Shown: positions 21,401-32,595 of the stretch, in pieces
How positions within the stretch are numbered: the first letter of the stretch is position 1
How the letters are laid out: each line of letters opens with the position of its first letter
From: Schizochytrium sp. TIO01
Taxonomy: Eukaryota > Protista > Bigyra: Labyrinthulomycetes
Direction: 5' to 3'
Assembly (NCBI GenBank): GCA_004764695.1
Contig: SMSO01000014.1
Location: 6,500,029-6,564,028 of the forward strand
DNA: 64,000 nucleotides
The notes under the pieces: generated by a model
The model's database searches: none
Told to the model about the DNA's origin: nothing
Seen by the model: the letters and a program-made list of their open reading frames with translations, nothing else
Made by a program: the position numbers and the translations under genes

Positions 21401-24400
21401 TGTACCCTCGTACAATACAACATCCGCATACTCTTTCATACAACATTCATTATATGTCGCCCCCCCACAGATATCGACAAATGAGACTTTTCCTACTTAC
21501 AAGGAACTGACTGATTACGTTAAAGAGGTTCGTATAAACGTACGGAATGACAGGTTCTGGCCTCAAGGTTTCAATACAACCCTTCGTGTATTAGTGTTGG
21601 GTTCGAATGCCCTTGACCTGAGTGAGTCTGTCTTACTCACAACTCCAGAGGTTCTACCATTGTTCTATCTCTATGCGCCACCTATTGTAGGGGTAGCAAA
21701 TACTGAAGAATTTGCACATGCTCACAGCAGGGCCACTTTGGAAGGCGCGTTTTTGATTCAAAGGACTATTAGTTCTGTACTTCCGTTTGTGCTTCGCGAT
21801 CGTGAGCAGGCGCCTACAATACAAGCATCTGCAACTTTTGAATCACTTTCTCTTGAGGTAGATATAAACGGGTTTAATATTACAACTTTGCAAGCAGATT
21901 TAGCAGTAGTCAATGATGAGGTCGTGTTACTCACTGATCCAGTGAATTTTACATTACAAACAACATCAGAGGGTGAAGATATGGTTCTTCTACTTGTGAG
22001 CAAAACTAGTATTATTTCAACTTCAACTCTGACTTATAACTACACAACAAATTCTCTGGAGACATCTTCATCAATATCATGGAACTCAAGAAACCACTCT
22101 GTTATTTTACGATCTCGAAGTGAGTGTGAATTACAAGTGAACAAACTTGAAACTCTCATGAACTTATATACGCGCCAGCCAGAACTCTTCGATGAAGACT
22201 CCTCGGAGAACTTAGGAGAGTTTATGATTCGTGCAAAGTACGAACAAGACGAATGGCTCAACCTCTTGGACCACTGGGATAGTGATAAACGTACTGCACG
22301 GCAGTATCCCTTACATATGACAAGAGAGACTGCTTCAGATAGTTCTCAAGAAAAAACCAGCTCCAGCCAACTAACGCTGAGTTCTGAAGATGAAATCTAC
22401 ATTGAAGACTCAGTCCTCATTTCCAGCGAAACAAGGTTTGCTGATTATGAGTCGTTGCTAAACCTGGGATATCAAAACATTAACCTTGCTCTGTCACCAG
22501 ACATCTCCGCACTGGGTTATTTCATTCCAAGATCAGGTCTAAATAGTTCGGACGAGAGAGAAGGTCTCGTTGAGGTTCTACGACGGAGATCAACAGTAGA
22601 CTTTGTCAACGCGAGTACCGATATAGCGTCACAGGTGTTGTTCAGGTCAGAGCTGTTTCTGCCTAATGGAGGAAACAATAACACGCTTTGTGTTGAGATT
22701 TTTCAGTCGCCTTACTCAGGCTCGCATGTTTATGACGTATGTGGTGGTCGTACAAGCTGTCCGCATATTTCAGGTACAGATGCAATTGAAGACTTTGAGA
22801 TTTATTTCAATGAGTCATCGGAAAGCCTTTTAGTTGAAGATTCAGGTGAAATTTCACTCTATATCGATGCAACTGCCATGTCATTAGAGAATTCTAGCAG
22901 CTTGGATTTGGTAATCTCATTGGATGTTGCTGAAAACAACTCCTCCGATATACGCTATGGGATAGTAACTGAAAGTTTCGACCGTCCTCTTGCGCTTTCA
23001 GTAGCATCAGGAACACGCGCCCTGATTTCTATCAATTATCAGCGTCTCGACCCTAATGTTCGATTTGCAAGGGCGCTCATGCGAGTTACTTCAGCTTGTG
23101 ACCCAAATATTGAGAAACAGTTGCAGATTGACCTAAATTGGGTATCTGTATGCCCATTGCTTGAATGGATGGGTAGCTTGTCAAATTATGATGCGAATTG
23201 GTTTGTGTCAACGTCAGCTCCTGTTCTGCAGATTGAGTATGTACAAAAAGTAACTGGGGGAATTCGCGATTTTGTGGAGTCTCAACAATCATTGTGGGGG
23301 GCAACTTATGATAGCACAAATGGTCGTGGCGAATGGATAAAGCTAAATGATATTGTCGCTAGTGAATCCACGTCGAAAATTGAAGTCTCTGGGGAGTCAC
23401 TTCTCACTAAATTCGGAGCTGGACAGGTTGTACTGGAACTTCGATCAAGCTGTATGAATGACGGAGAAGTTATCGGGGTAAGATACTCTGGTGAGCGAAT
23501 AGGTACGATTGATTTTGAAAGACCATCAGTTCTAACTTGGGCAGCTAGTAGTGGGTTTCGTAAGCCTGTACTGTCATTCCCAGTTGCGAAGTTTCGTTTC
23601 AACGAGCCGATAGACTGTTCAGCTCTGCAGCTGAGCGCTAGAGTATATAGTCTGGACGAAGACCGCTCACTGAATGCAGTGGTGTCCTGTTCATCACATT
23701 TGTACGAGATTGGCGTTGTTGTGTCTCTACCTCGTAACTCAAGTGATATGTTGTGGTGGAGTGAAGCTGACGCTCATATCGAGCTAATGGGGGTCCAGGA
23801 TCTTTGGGGGAACACCTGGCTTGAGAATAGTATAGTTTCCGATGGAACTAACATGACTAAAGGCCGTCGCTTGGAAGATGCTAGCATGACTCACGGAATC
23901 CGATTTCCCTCATTGGTGAATAGCGAGGGTGACGAACCTATTTTCGAGTGGGAAGTAGCTGACAGTTCGGATGTATTTGACATGGTGGAAGTGGCGATAC
24001 AAAAACATTTCTCCAGTAGCGGCGTCCAGTACACACAAATTTATGCCGAGCTAGACTTGCTAGACGAATACGATAGTTATGAAGCCCTCCCAAGGAATGA
24101 TACAAATAATACCGCTACGGATGACCGTCCAGGATCATCAGATGAGGGTGGAGAGGAGAACTCAGAAGACACTGACTACTCTGAAGATGCTGATGATGGC
24201 TCCCTGCCATCAGGATCGAAGGAGTCAACCCAGAGAAGTGCATATCAGCACAGCTGGCATTACGTTTTCAGTACTCTTTGGATTGATACTGGTAAGTGGG
24301 TTGATTTATGGATTAATATTGCGTCGTCGGAAGTTGCGCCTTGGTTTGAATCGAGTTGCCCCTATTCCGAAGCGAGCTGGGTTTGCAGAAGAGGGGCAAG

Positions 24401-24609
24401 CAAATACAGACCCAGCGAAAGAAAATGACGGGGGAAATGGCAAAAGAAAGATTACCGAGGATCGTGCTGCAGACCTTACAGCTGAGAAGATCGCTTCTAG
24501 CTCACATCAGAAAATGGTTAACATGGCATCTCGCTTCAAAGACGGGGTAAATGTTGTCCGTACCTCTGCAGCAATTCCGGCAAAGTTAATTTCAGGAAAG
24601 AAGAAATAA
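18421..24609 (+). CDS. Large type I membrane/surface protein (~2060 aa once joined): signal peptide, PAN/Apple domains, Cys-rich GCC2/GCC3-like repeat, long beta-rich ectodomain, acidic stalk, TM, cytoplasmic tail. Split into 4 ORFs by three +1 frameshifts (~19480, ~19893, ~24200-24231)
   Basis: ORFs 18385-19491, 19421-19918, 19941-24428 and 24079-24609 join by removing one base at each junction: CLDGFYIQNQGV|LTDSCYICDSGYYCP; GQEI|GGICWIQNEVGIDCLNM; stalk|REVHISTAGITFSVLFGLILVSGLIYGLILRRRK. Could alternatively be a young pseudogene. Confidence 0.75.
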
Positions 24610-24867
24610 TTAATATCTTCTCTTCGTATAAACACAAACGATACTAGGCTGCAATCTCCCTATACTGGAATTCTTTTCACGAACCTGCTCAACCCATAGC
24701 ATCACAAGTGAAGTCAGCCAAGCCTTTTAAACAAGTATATATATTTTAACAAAGTAAAAAAGTAGAACATTATCTATAGCTCTCATCCTTGTCCACATTC
24801 ATCAGGACCAGGTTTGTATTAAACAATCACAGGGCACACACGTTTGCAACTTATTCCCCTATCTCGC

Positions 24868-25752
24868 TCAGAACTTTCCATTCCGCTTTCTTGCTGAGTA
24901 CTTGGAGTCTCTGGCCACATCCTTGCCTTGTTTCCGCATGCGGTCTTTCTTCTGCATGACCCATTCCTTGCTCTTAATGTTAACATTTTCCCTACGGCTG
25001 CGTTTCTTGCCTCGGAACCCTCTTCTCTGCGACTCGAAGTCGACAGTATCCTTTTTACCAGGGTGAAAGACGCCCTCCTCCTCAGATCTTCCGCTAGGAA
25101 GGGCTTGGGCCTGTTCGCTTGCGGATGCACGTCCTGCAAAGAGCACAAGGTAGAACTTCTTAGCCTTGGCAGAGTTCGGGTAATCCACAACGACACCTCC
25201 AGTAAAACCAACAGCCATGGCTGCAGCTGTGATGAGTTCCATCTGCTGCGGTGTCTCGGGGTACAACTGCAGTACAGCTCTGGCGCCGCGACGCAGGGAA
25301 CTGTAGAGCTCCTGGAAAAAGCGCTTGAGCCTGAGTTTAGGGACGTGGTCTTTGTGGCTTGAGTAGCACAGCCATTGCACAGCAGAAATACTGATGGCGC
25401 CATCGAAGACACCCCCACGAAATCCTAGGCCTGTGCCCATGTCGCGCTGCAAAACATCACCGTCAAGGCCGTCATCAGCGATGCTAGTCGCTGCGATGTC
25501 AAGCATGTCCTTCGAAATATCGCATCCAATCCACATGTGTCCGTGTTCCTCCAAGACAGACCCACTCATGCCTGTGCCGCATCCAATATCTAAAATAAGG
25601 CCCTGTGCGCCGGAGGGAAGGTTGAGAAGCTCAAGAGCACGCTCGGAAATCTGGCTTTGAATTTGCATCATGCGCGTACTCCGAGCGTACTTGCTCGCCT
25701 CCTTCTCATTGTAGAAGAGCTCCGGGGGAGATACGTGCTCAGGCCGGCTCAT
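24868..25752 (-). CDS. BUD23: 18S rRNA guanine-N7 methyltransferase BUD23/WBSCR22
   Basis: MSRPEHVSPPELFYNEKEASKY, ILDIGCGTGMSG, FDGAISISAVQWLC, GFTGGVVVDYPNSAKAKK, basic C-terminus DSKYSARKR. Confidence 0.97.
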   Translation of the reverse strand: MSRPEHVSPPELFYNEKEASKYARSTRMMQIQSQISERALELLNLPSGAQGLILDIGCGTGMSGSVLEEHGHMWIGCDISKDMLDIAATSIADDGLDGDVLQRDMGTGLGFRGGVFDGAISISAVQWLCYSSHKDHVPKLRLKRFFQELYSSLRRGARAVLQLYPETPQQMELITAAAMAVGFTGGVVVDYPNSAKAKKFYLVLFAGRASASEQAQALPSGRSEEEGVFHPGKKDTVDFESQRRGFRGKKRSRRENVNIKSKEWVMQKKDRMRKQGKDVARDSKYSARKRNGKF

Positions 25753-28700
25753 TGTGCAGAGATCAGTTCACGCAAGCGGTCAGAGTACGCGCGATCGCAC
25801 GCCACAGCTCGATCCAGTTGGCTTCGGGTTTGCTGTCTCGCCTATAGTCTTGCTTTCTTTGCTTTGGTCCACCGAGGACCAACTAAACTCCTCTGTCAGA
25901 ACCAGGAGCCGAAGTGCTATTAAGACTACGGTTTAGGGTAAGAGGCACACTCGCCTGGATGGTTTATACTTTCTATTGGCGAATGAGTGAACTAAGTTTT
26001 CTATGGCAATTGATCAGCACACCTACGAATCAAGAATCGAAGAAACAAAAGAACGCAATAAGCAAATGATGAAATCGACGCTTGTAAAAACGAGGGCATT
26101 CAATTCAGAAACGCAGTATGTGGCTTCGGAAAGGTTTGTAATTCAACGGGGCGACTTTGGGGCAAGTCGCAGTATCTCCACGGGTAGACCTGAGGAGGAA
26201 ATGGCTGGCCCGATTCGATGAATGAAAGTGACTGATTGGTGGGGAATTCATTATGTCATTGTATAGGGAATCAAATCAATCGCGATTGAATGAACTTGGG
26301 TTACATGAATTTGGAAAGCTGTATAGCTGAGACTGTTTGGAGAGAAAAAGTACCTGTTTGGAGGTATAGATTTTTAGGGTGTTTGCTCAGGCTGGCAGCT
26401 GGCCAATCGATCGTTGTTTTGTTCAGGATAACGCACTTTGGTTTGTCTTCGATTCGTTGTGTGTTAGCTAAGGGGAACATACTGCTTACTAGTATGCCAA
26501 AACCACCCGCATTTAGACCTGTTTAAAGTAGTTAGGCCATTTTAATAAGAATGCAAAGAAAAAGTCTTTTTGTCTTTTGTGGTTTGGAATAGAGGTAAGT
26601 TACTTACATAGGTAGTTAGTTACCTAGGCTAGTTAGACGTTCTCGACAAGAGGTTATCTAGCTTGTATAGGTTACATCGGCAGCGGCAAGCTAACACGGC
26701 AAGTCTTAAATGCACAAGACGAGCCTCGTCGAAGATCAGAAAATTAAATCGAAAACCTGGACGAAAGAGAGTAAGCAACAAGTGACGAAAAGAAAGATTT
26801 GGATAGGAGAGAGTTGAAAGGTCTCAAGTGGTCCTCATTTCGAAATGCATGCTGAAAAGGGGATAGAAATCAGTTCTTCAATACAACATAATAATGGTAT
26901 ATTACATCTTGGTCCAAGGCATTTGCTGCGAGGTGACACCGGGATATTAATGATGACTCGAAGAGGCAGGCCCATCCAAATGAGGGCGATGTGTTTGTAC
27001 AAATTTAATTTTATGTTTACAGTTTTTTAATGTTGTACAAGTTTCTACAGAGTTTACAGGTGATATATATAGGGATTTCATGTGTACAAAGCTCACCAAG
27101 CAATCGTTGCAGCGACCTTTCGCAAGCAACGCAGTGTCTATAACTAACTAGAGTGCGGTTTCAATAGTTTACGCATTCGCAAATAACCATGCCGTGGAGT
27201 CCGCCGAGGCCGCCGAGCGGCTTCCCGAAGAGTTCGCCGCAGATTCCTGTGCAGTTGGCAGCTGCTGCACTTTTTGAATGTCGCTCCCACGCAGCATGTT
27301 CACATCCTGCTTAGGCCCCATTGGGGTGGAGGCGTTGTGCAGCACGCTTGGTCGAGTAGGGGGCGGCGAGCTCGAGACGCAGTGTCTTGCAATGGACAGA
27401 CTCTGGACAGAGCGCAGCGACTCTGGGCCTCCTCCGCCAAGGAGGCCGCCTCGCCGCGAGCGCCGCAAACTCGCCTTCAAACGGGGACGAGAAGATCCCG
27501 GCATCCATAATGCAGAAAAGAGATATCTTTGTCAACGCTGTGAGAGCGAACACGCAGTTCAAGATGGGCCGACTTTGCTCAAGAACCTGCGGCTTCAACA
27601 GAGGGTGCGCAAACCCAAAGATCATCGAGTAGAATCCAGTATACAACCCAACCGCAATGTTTCTTCTTCTCGCTCTCCTCCTCCGCAAAGGCCCCTCGCT
27701 TCTCCCGCGTGTCGCTCTGCCGCTGCCTGACTCCTCGTGCCAAGATGATAAGGTTCTGCTTGGGCTTTTGGACACCTGTGAACACGTTTGACGGACTCAG
27801 AACAGGGAAAAAGGACTAACAACGCATGGAACTCGAAAGAACTCGAAAGAAGCAGCACCAGAAGAACTCCGTGAAAGACGGACATCATCGACGAGAGCGC
27901 ATTTTCGGAACGGAGATGAACCAGCTGCAACGCTGAACAGAGACTGTCTTCTCCACCCTGCCAGAGCGCTTCTTCCATCGGTACTCTCCGAGTTCTGCCA
28001 ACTCCAAGTCGGACGCTGCTCAGAACTAGCGTGGGTACTTGCTAAGTGCATGTGTAGAAAACAACAACAGCAACAACAACAAAACTTATAAAATAAAAAA
28101 AGTAAAAATAAACTCAAGTGATGGTGGTAATCCATGCACCCATTCGGCACGCGCCATCAAGGAGGCGGCAGGACTCACGGTTTTGAGCAGATCTTCAGGC
28201 TCCACCATCGAAGGTCGAGCCCGTCTCTGTAGGCTAAATTCAAGAGTCTCCTGCACTTTGATCTTGATCTTGATTCTTGATCTCGAAGCATCTCGGAATT
28301 CCCAAGCAAGTCTTAACGCCCTTCCTATGGGAATCTGTAGAACCCTTAGAATCGGTGTTCTACAATCGTCTCCGTCGGTCATCTGCCCCAAACGAAACGC
28401 GCTTGGGGGCGCTTCATCTCCAGGTGGCAAGAGCCAAATTGATGCCTGAGCTGAAGATGCATGCCCTTATATTCCAACAGAATATATTGAATCAACTGCC
28501 GCCAAGTTCGAGAGCGTGAAGGTCTCAGCTTAAAAGCCGCTGCAGGGCCTGAGTCGGTTAGAAATCAGACAGAGCACGAGCGACGACGGGTCCGGCTCTC
28601 GGTAGCAAAGTACCGTTCCGTTCTATTTCGTTCTAGCTGGTTCTGTTCTACCGGTTTGAGTTCTTTTCGGAAGAACTGGGAAGAGTCGGGCGATGTGTTT

Positions 28701-29029
28701 CGTAACGTTCCTAAGGAGGTTGCGGTTTCACTTTGGTGGATGTCAGGCGTTTGTGGGAGAGGCTCAGCTGAGGCTGTACAGTTTCTGAGAGATTCTGAGG
28801 ACGAAGGCGCTTCTTCGTCGACTGAGTTTTATTTGATAAAGAGCAAGGTGCCTCGAACACATTATTGGACCTCGATGCGAAGAGATGGATACTTGTGCAA
28901 GCGTTGGAACTCCTTTTTTGACGGGGAGCATCGTCGAAAATTGAAGAAGGGCCTGGCGGCTCCTTAGAAGTTAGAAACGAAGAAAAAAAAGCATCTGAAA
29001 GCAGTGCTCCTAAGAGGTCTTCTTATTCT

Positions 29030-29092
29030 TGTCGTTGTTGTTGTTGTTGTTGCTGTTGTTGTTCTGCTTCTTCTTCTTCTTCTGCTTCTTCT
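29030..29092. repeat. Compound (GTT)n/(CTT)n microsatellite
   Basis: Seen directly. Confidence 0.85.
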
Positions 29093-29284
29093 GTTGGAGT
29101 AGTTTGATGCATTGGTGCACACCTGTGTAAATCCTGGCGCTCCCTCCCTTTAGAGGACACACCAACAGTACAACAGAACCTGAGAGGGAGAAACCGTGTG
29201 AAGCTTCGCCACTGTGGAGGAGTGTGGGAAGCTCGTGGCGAGTTCTTGAGGCCGATCTTGCGCTCTTGGCATATAATTCCCTCG

Positions 29285-29356
29285 ATCGATCAATCAATCG
29301 ATCAATTAATCGATCAATTAATCGATCAATTAATCGATCAATTGATCGATCAGTCA
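29285..29356. repeat. 12-bp tandem repeat ATCGATCAATTA, ~6 units
   Basis: Units start at 29285, 29297, 29309, 29321, 29333, 29345; includes perfect palindrome ATCGATCAATTGATCGAT at 29333-29350. Confidence 0.92.
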
Positions 29357-29669
29357 GTCAGCCCATGGACCCCTCAATGAAAACACGGATTGCGGGTTTA
29401 GATTGCAGGGGTCTCTAGATTGAGTGCTGATCCGACGGCGACGAGCATCGATCGCAATGGCCACGAGAGAAGCTTACCGTCGGCCGTCGTAGAGAGGCGC
29501 ATTTCTTCGTTCTCGTTCGAGCCGAAGTCGTCTCTGATGGTGTCTGCAGCTTCTGAAGAACGTGCATACGTACGTATGTACGTAGGTGAGGCATTGAATG
29601 AGGCGATGGGCGCATGAAGAACATCGAAGTTGTCGAAGTTGATGTCTGAATTTAATGAGGTTCATGACT

Positions 29670-29786
29670 GAATGAAGTTCATGAATGAAGTTCATGAATG
29701 GACTTGATGAATGGACTTGATGAATGGACTTGATGAATGAAGTTCATGAATGAAGTTGATAGAAGAAGTTGATAAAAGAAGTTGAT
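29670..29786. repeat. 13-bp minisatellite GAATG(A/G)A(G/C)TT(C/G)AT, 9 units
   Basis: GAATGAAGTTCAT x2, GAATGGACTTGAT x3, GAATGAAGTTCAT, GAATGAAGTTGAT, then two degenerate units. Confidence 0.92.
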
Positions 29787-29942
29787 GAACGAATGAATGA
29801 ATCTGATGAATCCTTGGCGGTGCTTGAGATCGAAGTCGAATCAAGCGCGTTTTCCATGTCCAGCTTTTCGAAGCGGAGCTGGAATCGCATTGAGCCGCAG
29901 CTGTTGTAGGTTGGTTCGTCTGTTCGTCTGTTCATGCATTCC

Positions 29943-29967
29943 TTCATTCATTCATTCATTCATTCAT
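29943..29967. repeat. (TTCA)n microsatellite
   Basis: Seen directly. Confidence 0.9.
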
Positions 29968-30451
29968 TTGTTCGATTGTTATTCATCGCTCCGAAGCCCG
30001 CCAAGCCGCTTCCAGTGCCGCTTCGAGCGCAGTTCTTCGTCGCAGTCCCGCCAGAACTAGCTAGCAAGCTGCGCCTCTGGGCTCGAAAGAAGGCCTGCGT
30101 CTCAGAGGAGGTCGCTTGGATCCCTCGCTCGCGAGCGTGACGTTCAAGTCCATCTCCAGGCCGCTCGCGCCGCTGAGGCCGAGCTGCAGAGCCTCCGCGC
30201 TCTCGCGTAAGCCCCAGCGCCGCCGCCGCCACGAGGAGAAGGACGACGAGGACGAGGACGAGGACGGCGACGAGGACTTCCCCGCCCGCGCCGCAGGAGA
30301 TGAGCGTCGCGGCGGCGGCTCGAGCTCGAGCTCGCGAGGCTCAGATTCGCAGGCCCTCGCGGCGTCAGCCTCACCCGTTCTCGCGCAGCGTCGAGAAGCG
30401 GGCCGGCGGGAACGCCTCGCGAAGAGAAGGCAGCGGGCTGGCTGGCGGTGC

Positions 30452-30481
30452 CGCTGCTGCTGCTGCTGCTGCTGCTGCTGC
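30452..30481. repeat. (GCT)n microsatellite in GC-rich island
   Basis: Seen directly. Confidence 0.9.
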
Positions 30482-30849
30482 ACGAGCAGCCCGCGGGCTA
30501 TGGGCCTTGAGCCAGTGCCGCCAGAGCCGCCGTCGCCGTCAGCGCCGCCGCGGTCGGTGGGCTTATTGGCGCCCTGGGCCTCACGAGGGAGCTAGGGCCG
30601 GATAGGGAATACGGTAGGGTGTTACGCAGGGACTAAGGTGGAGGGAGGCGAAGCGCAGGCGGCGAAGGGACTGCGATCAGCAAAACCGGAACTCGGAAAG
30701 TTGTTGAAGAAGCCGCGAGAAGAAGTTCTAGAGGAGATCTAGAGCCGCGAGAACGTATATCGATATACACATATATACACACACACACGAATTTACATTG
30801 ACAGAAGTTTGTTTGTCTGGGGAGTTGGATTGACTGCAAATTAGGGATT

Positions 30850-32025
30850 ATGGCGACCCAAGCACCTGAACGCGAACAGCGCAAGCGCGCGAGCTTCATG
30901 CACCCGCGTGTGTGGAGCGTGGCTGTGGTACTCTTTGCGGCGCTTGTCTTCAGCGCCCTCAGCGTAAGCGAGACCGAGGCGAACGTCCAGACCAAGGTCC
31001 AGGATGCCGCCGACTCGATTCAGGAGACTGGCAGCAAGCTGGCATCTGATGCTGACGTCAAGCTCAAGGAGGCTGCGGATGCTGCTTACGAGACCAAGGA
31101 GGACGCAGGAGACAAGCTGTCTGAGATCTACAACGACTTGAGCAACAAGTTTACCACGGACAATTCGTGGCGTGCCAAGTACGACCGTGCCTACGAGGCT
31201 ACCCGCGAGCAGCTCGAGAACGCCAACCTCGTCAAGTCCCGCGAGCAATCCGTGACTGACAAGCTCCGTAGCGCTTTGACCAGCATGGAATCCCGAGTTG
31301 ACGATGCCCGCAAGAAGTTCACAGACTCTTACGAGAAGCTTGTGAGCCCCTCTGTGGAGCAGATGCGCGAGAGTCTCCGTGAGTCCGCCGAAGATGTGCG
31401 CAAGCAGTACGACAGCGGTAAGATCTCCATGGAAGAGGCCGAAAAGCTTATCAAGGAGAAGGCTGACGAGGCTCGCTCCAAGATTGACTCAAGCCTTGAC
31501 AATTCTGACGCCAAGAGCACTCTTGACAAGGCCTACCGTGAAATGCACAAGGAGCTCCGCAGCGCTCACTCTGATTACGTCAGCATCTACGACTCTGTGT
31601 ACAACACTGCCGCTTCCGCTGGCAACGCTGTCAAGGACACTGCTCAGGGCGCTGTCGATGGAGCTAAGCGCGTTGTGGATGGTGCTGCCGACACCATCAA
31701 GGACATGCCTAACACTGTCAGCAACATGGGTGACAAGGCTTACCACGAGGCCCAAGCTGCTATGACTAACGACGAGGCCAAGCGTGTGTACCACAAGGCC
31801 CAAGCTGCTCGTGCTGATGCCTCCATGAGTGCCAACAAGATGAAGCGTGATGCCAAGGATGAGGGACGTGGTGTCTTTAACAGTGCCAAGGATGCAGTCC
31901 GCAACGTTGGCTCCACATGCAGCGATGCTGCCACCGGCGCGAAGACTCGCTTCGATGTGGCTTACAACTCTGCCAAGGACTACCTTGGTAGCGTCTTCGA
32001 CTCTGCCGCCCAGGCTATGCAGTAA
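30850..32025 (+). CDS. Secreted or signal-anchored LEA (group 3)-like amphipathic helical protein
   Basis: Hydrophobic segment VWSVAVVLFAALVFSALSV, then A/K/D/E/T-rich 11-mer-like repeats (AVKDTAQGAVD GAKRVVDGAAD TIKD; AKDAVRNVGST); strongly biased codons. Confidence 0.75.
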   Translation: MATQAPEREQRKRASFMHPRVWSVAVVLFAALVFSALSVSETEANVQTKVQDAADSIQETGSKLASDADVKLKEAADAAYETKEDAGDKLSEIYNDLSNKFTTDNSWRAKYDRAYEATREQLENANLVKSREQSVTDKLRSALTSMESRVDDARKKFTDSYEKLVSPSVEQMRESLRESAEDVRKQYDSGKISMEEAEKLIKEKADEARSKIDSSLDNSDAKSTLDKAYREMHKELRSAHSDYVSIYDSVYNTAASAGNAVKDTAQGAVDGAKRVVDGAADTIKDMPNTVSNMGDKAYHEAQAAMTNDEAKRVYHKAQAARADASMSANKMKRDAKDEGRGVFNSAKDAVRNVGSTCSDAATGAKTRFDVAYNSAKDYLGSVFDSAAQAMQ

Positions 32026-32595
32026 GATGCTTGTAAGTGTAAGCCCTCCAACTCTTTCGACTTCCTTTTCTTTCTCTCTCTCTCTCTCTGTGGTAGTAGA
32101 CATGTTATAATAAGAAATTTGAATCTACAACTTTTGACGTTCAGATTCTTGCTTGCTTCCAGTTGTGTTTCTTCAATTGACTAATAGAACGCCATTATTT
32201 GGTCCTTGTCGATCAAATTTTGATTCTTCTTAATCATGAACCCTATAGTTATGATTGTAGATATGTGTTTTAAATTTTTAATGGTTCTTGAGAATTCTTG
32301 TCTAGACTTGTAGTAGAAAGAAGATCGCTCACTCAACCTGCTGGCTAAATTTATTGAGATAGAAACTGAAGCAAGCGAAAACGTGAAGACAAAGTAGGAC
32401 AATAAAATCTGTTTCCTTATTGATATAGTGAGCATTCTCATCTGCTTGAATGATAGCAGAAAAGGAAACTCTGTGCCAGTTCTGTTGATAACAACAAAAT
32501 GAATAGAGCTATATACGAAGCGGGTCCGAGTTGTGGTGAGAAAAGAGAGCGTGAGTCGATTCACCAACAGGCTGCATACGCTGTGACTGTCCTTT

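Noticed and set aside
29670-29786. Possible CRISPR-like array
   Set aside because: Head-to-tail 13-mers without unique spacers, in a eukaryotic context with no cas genes
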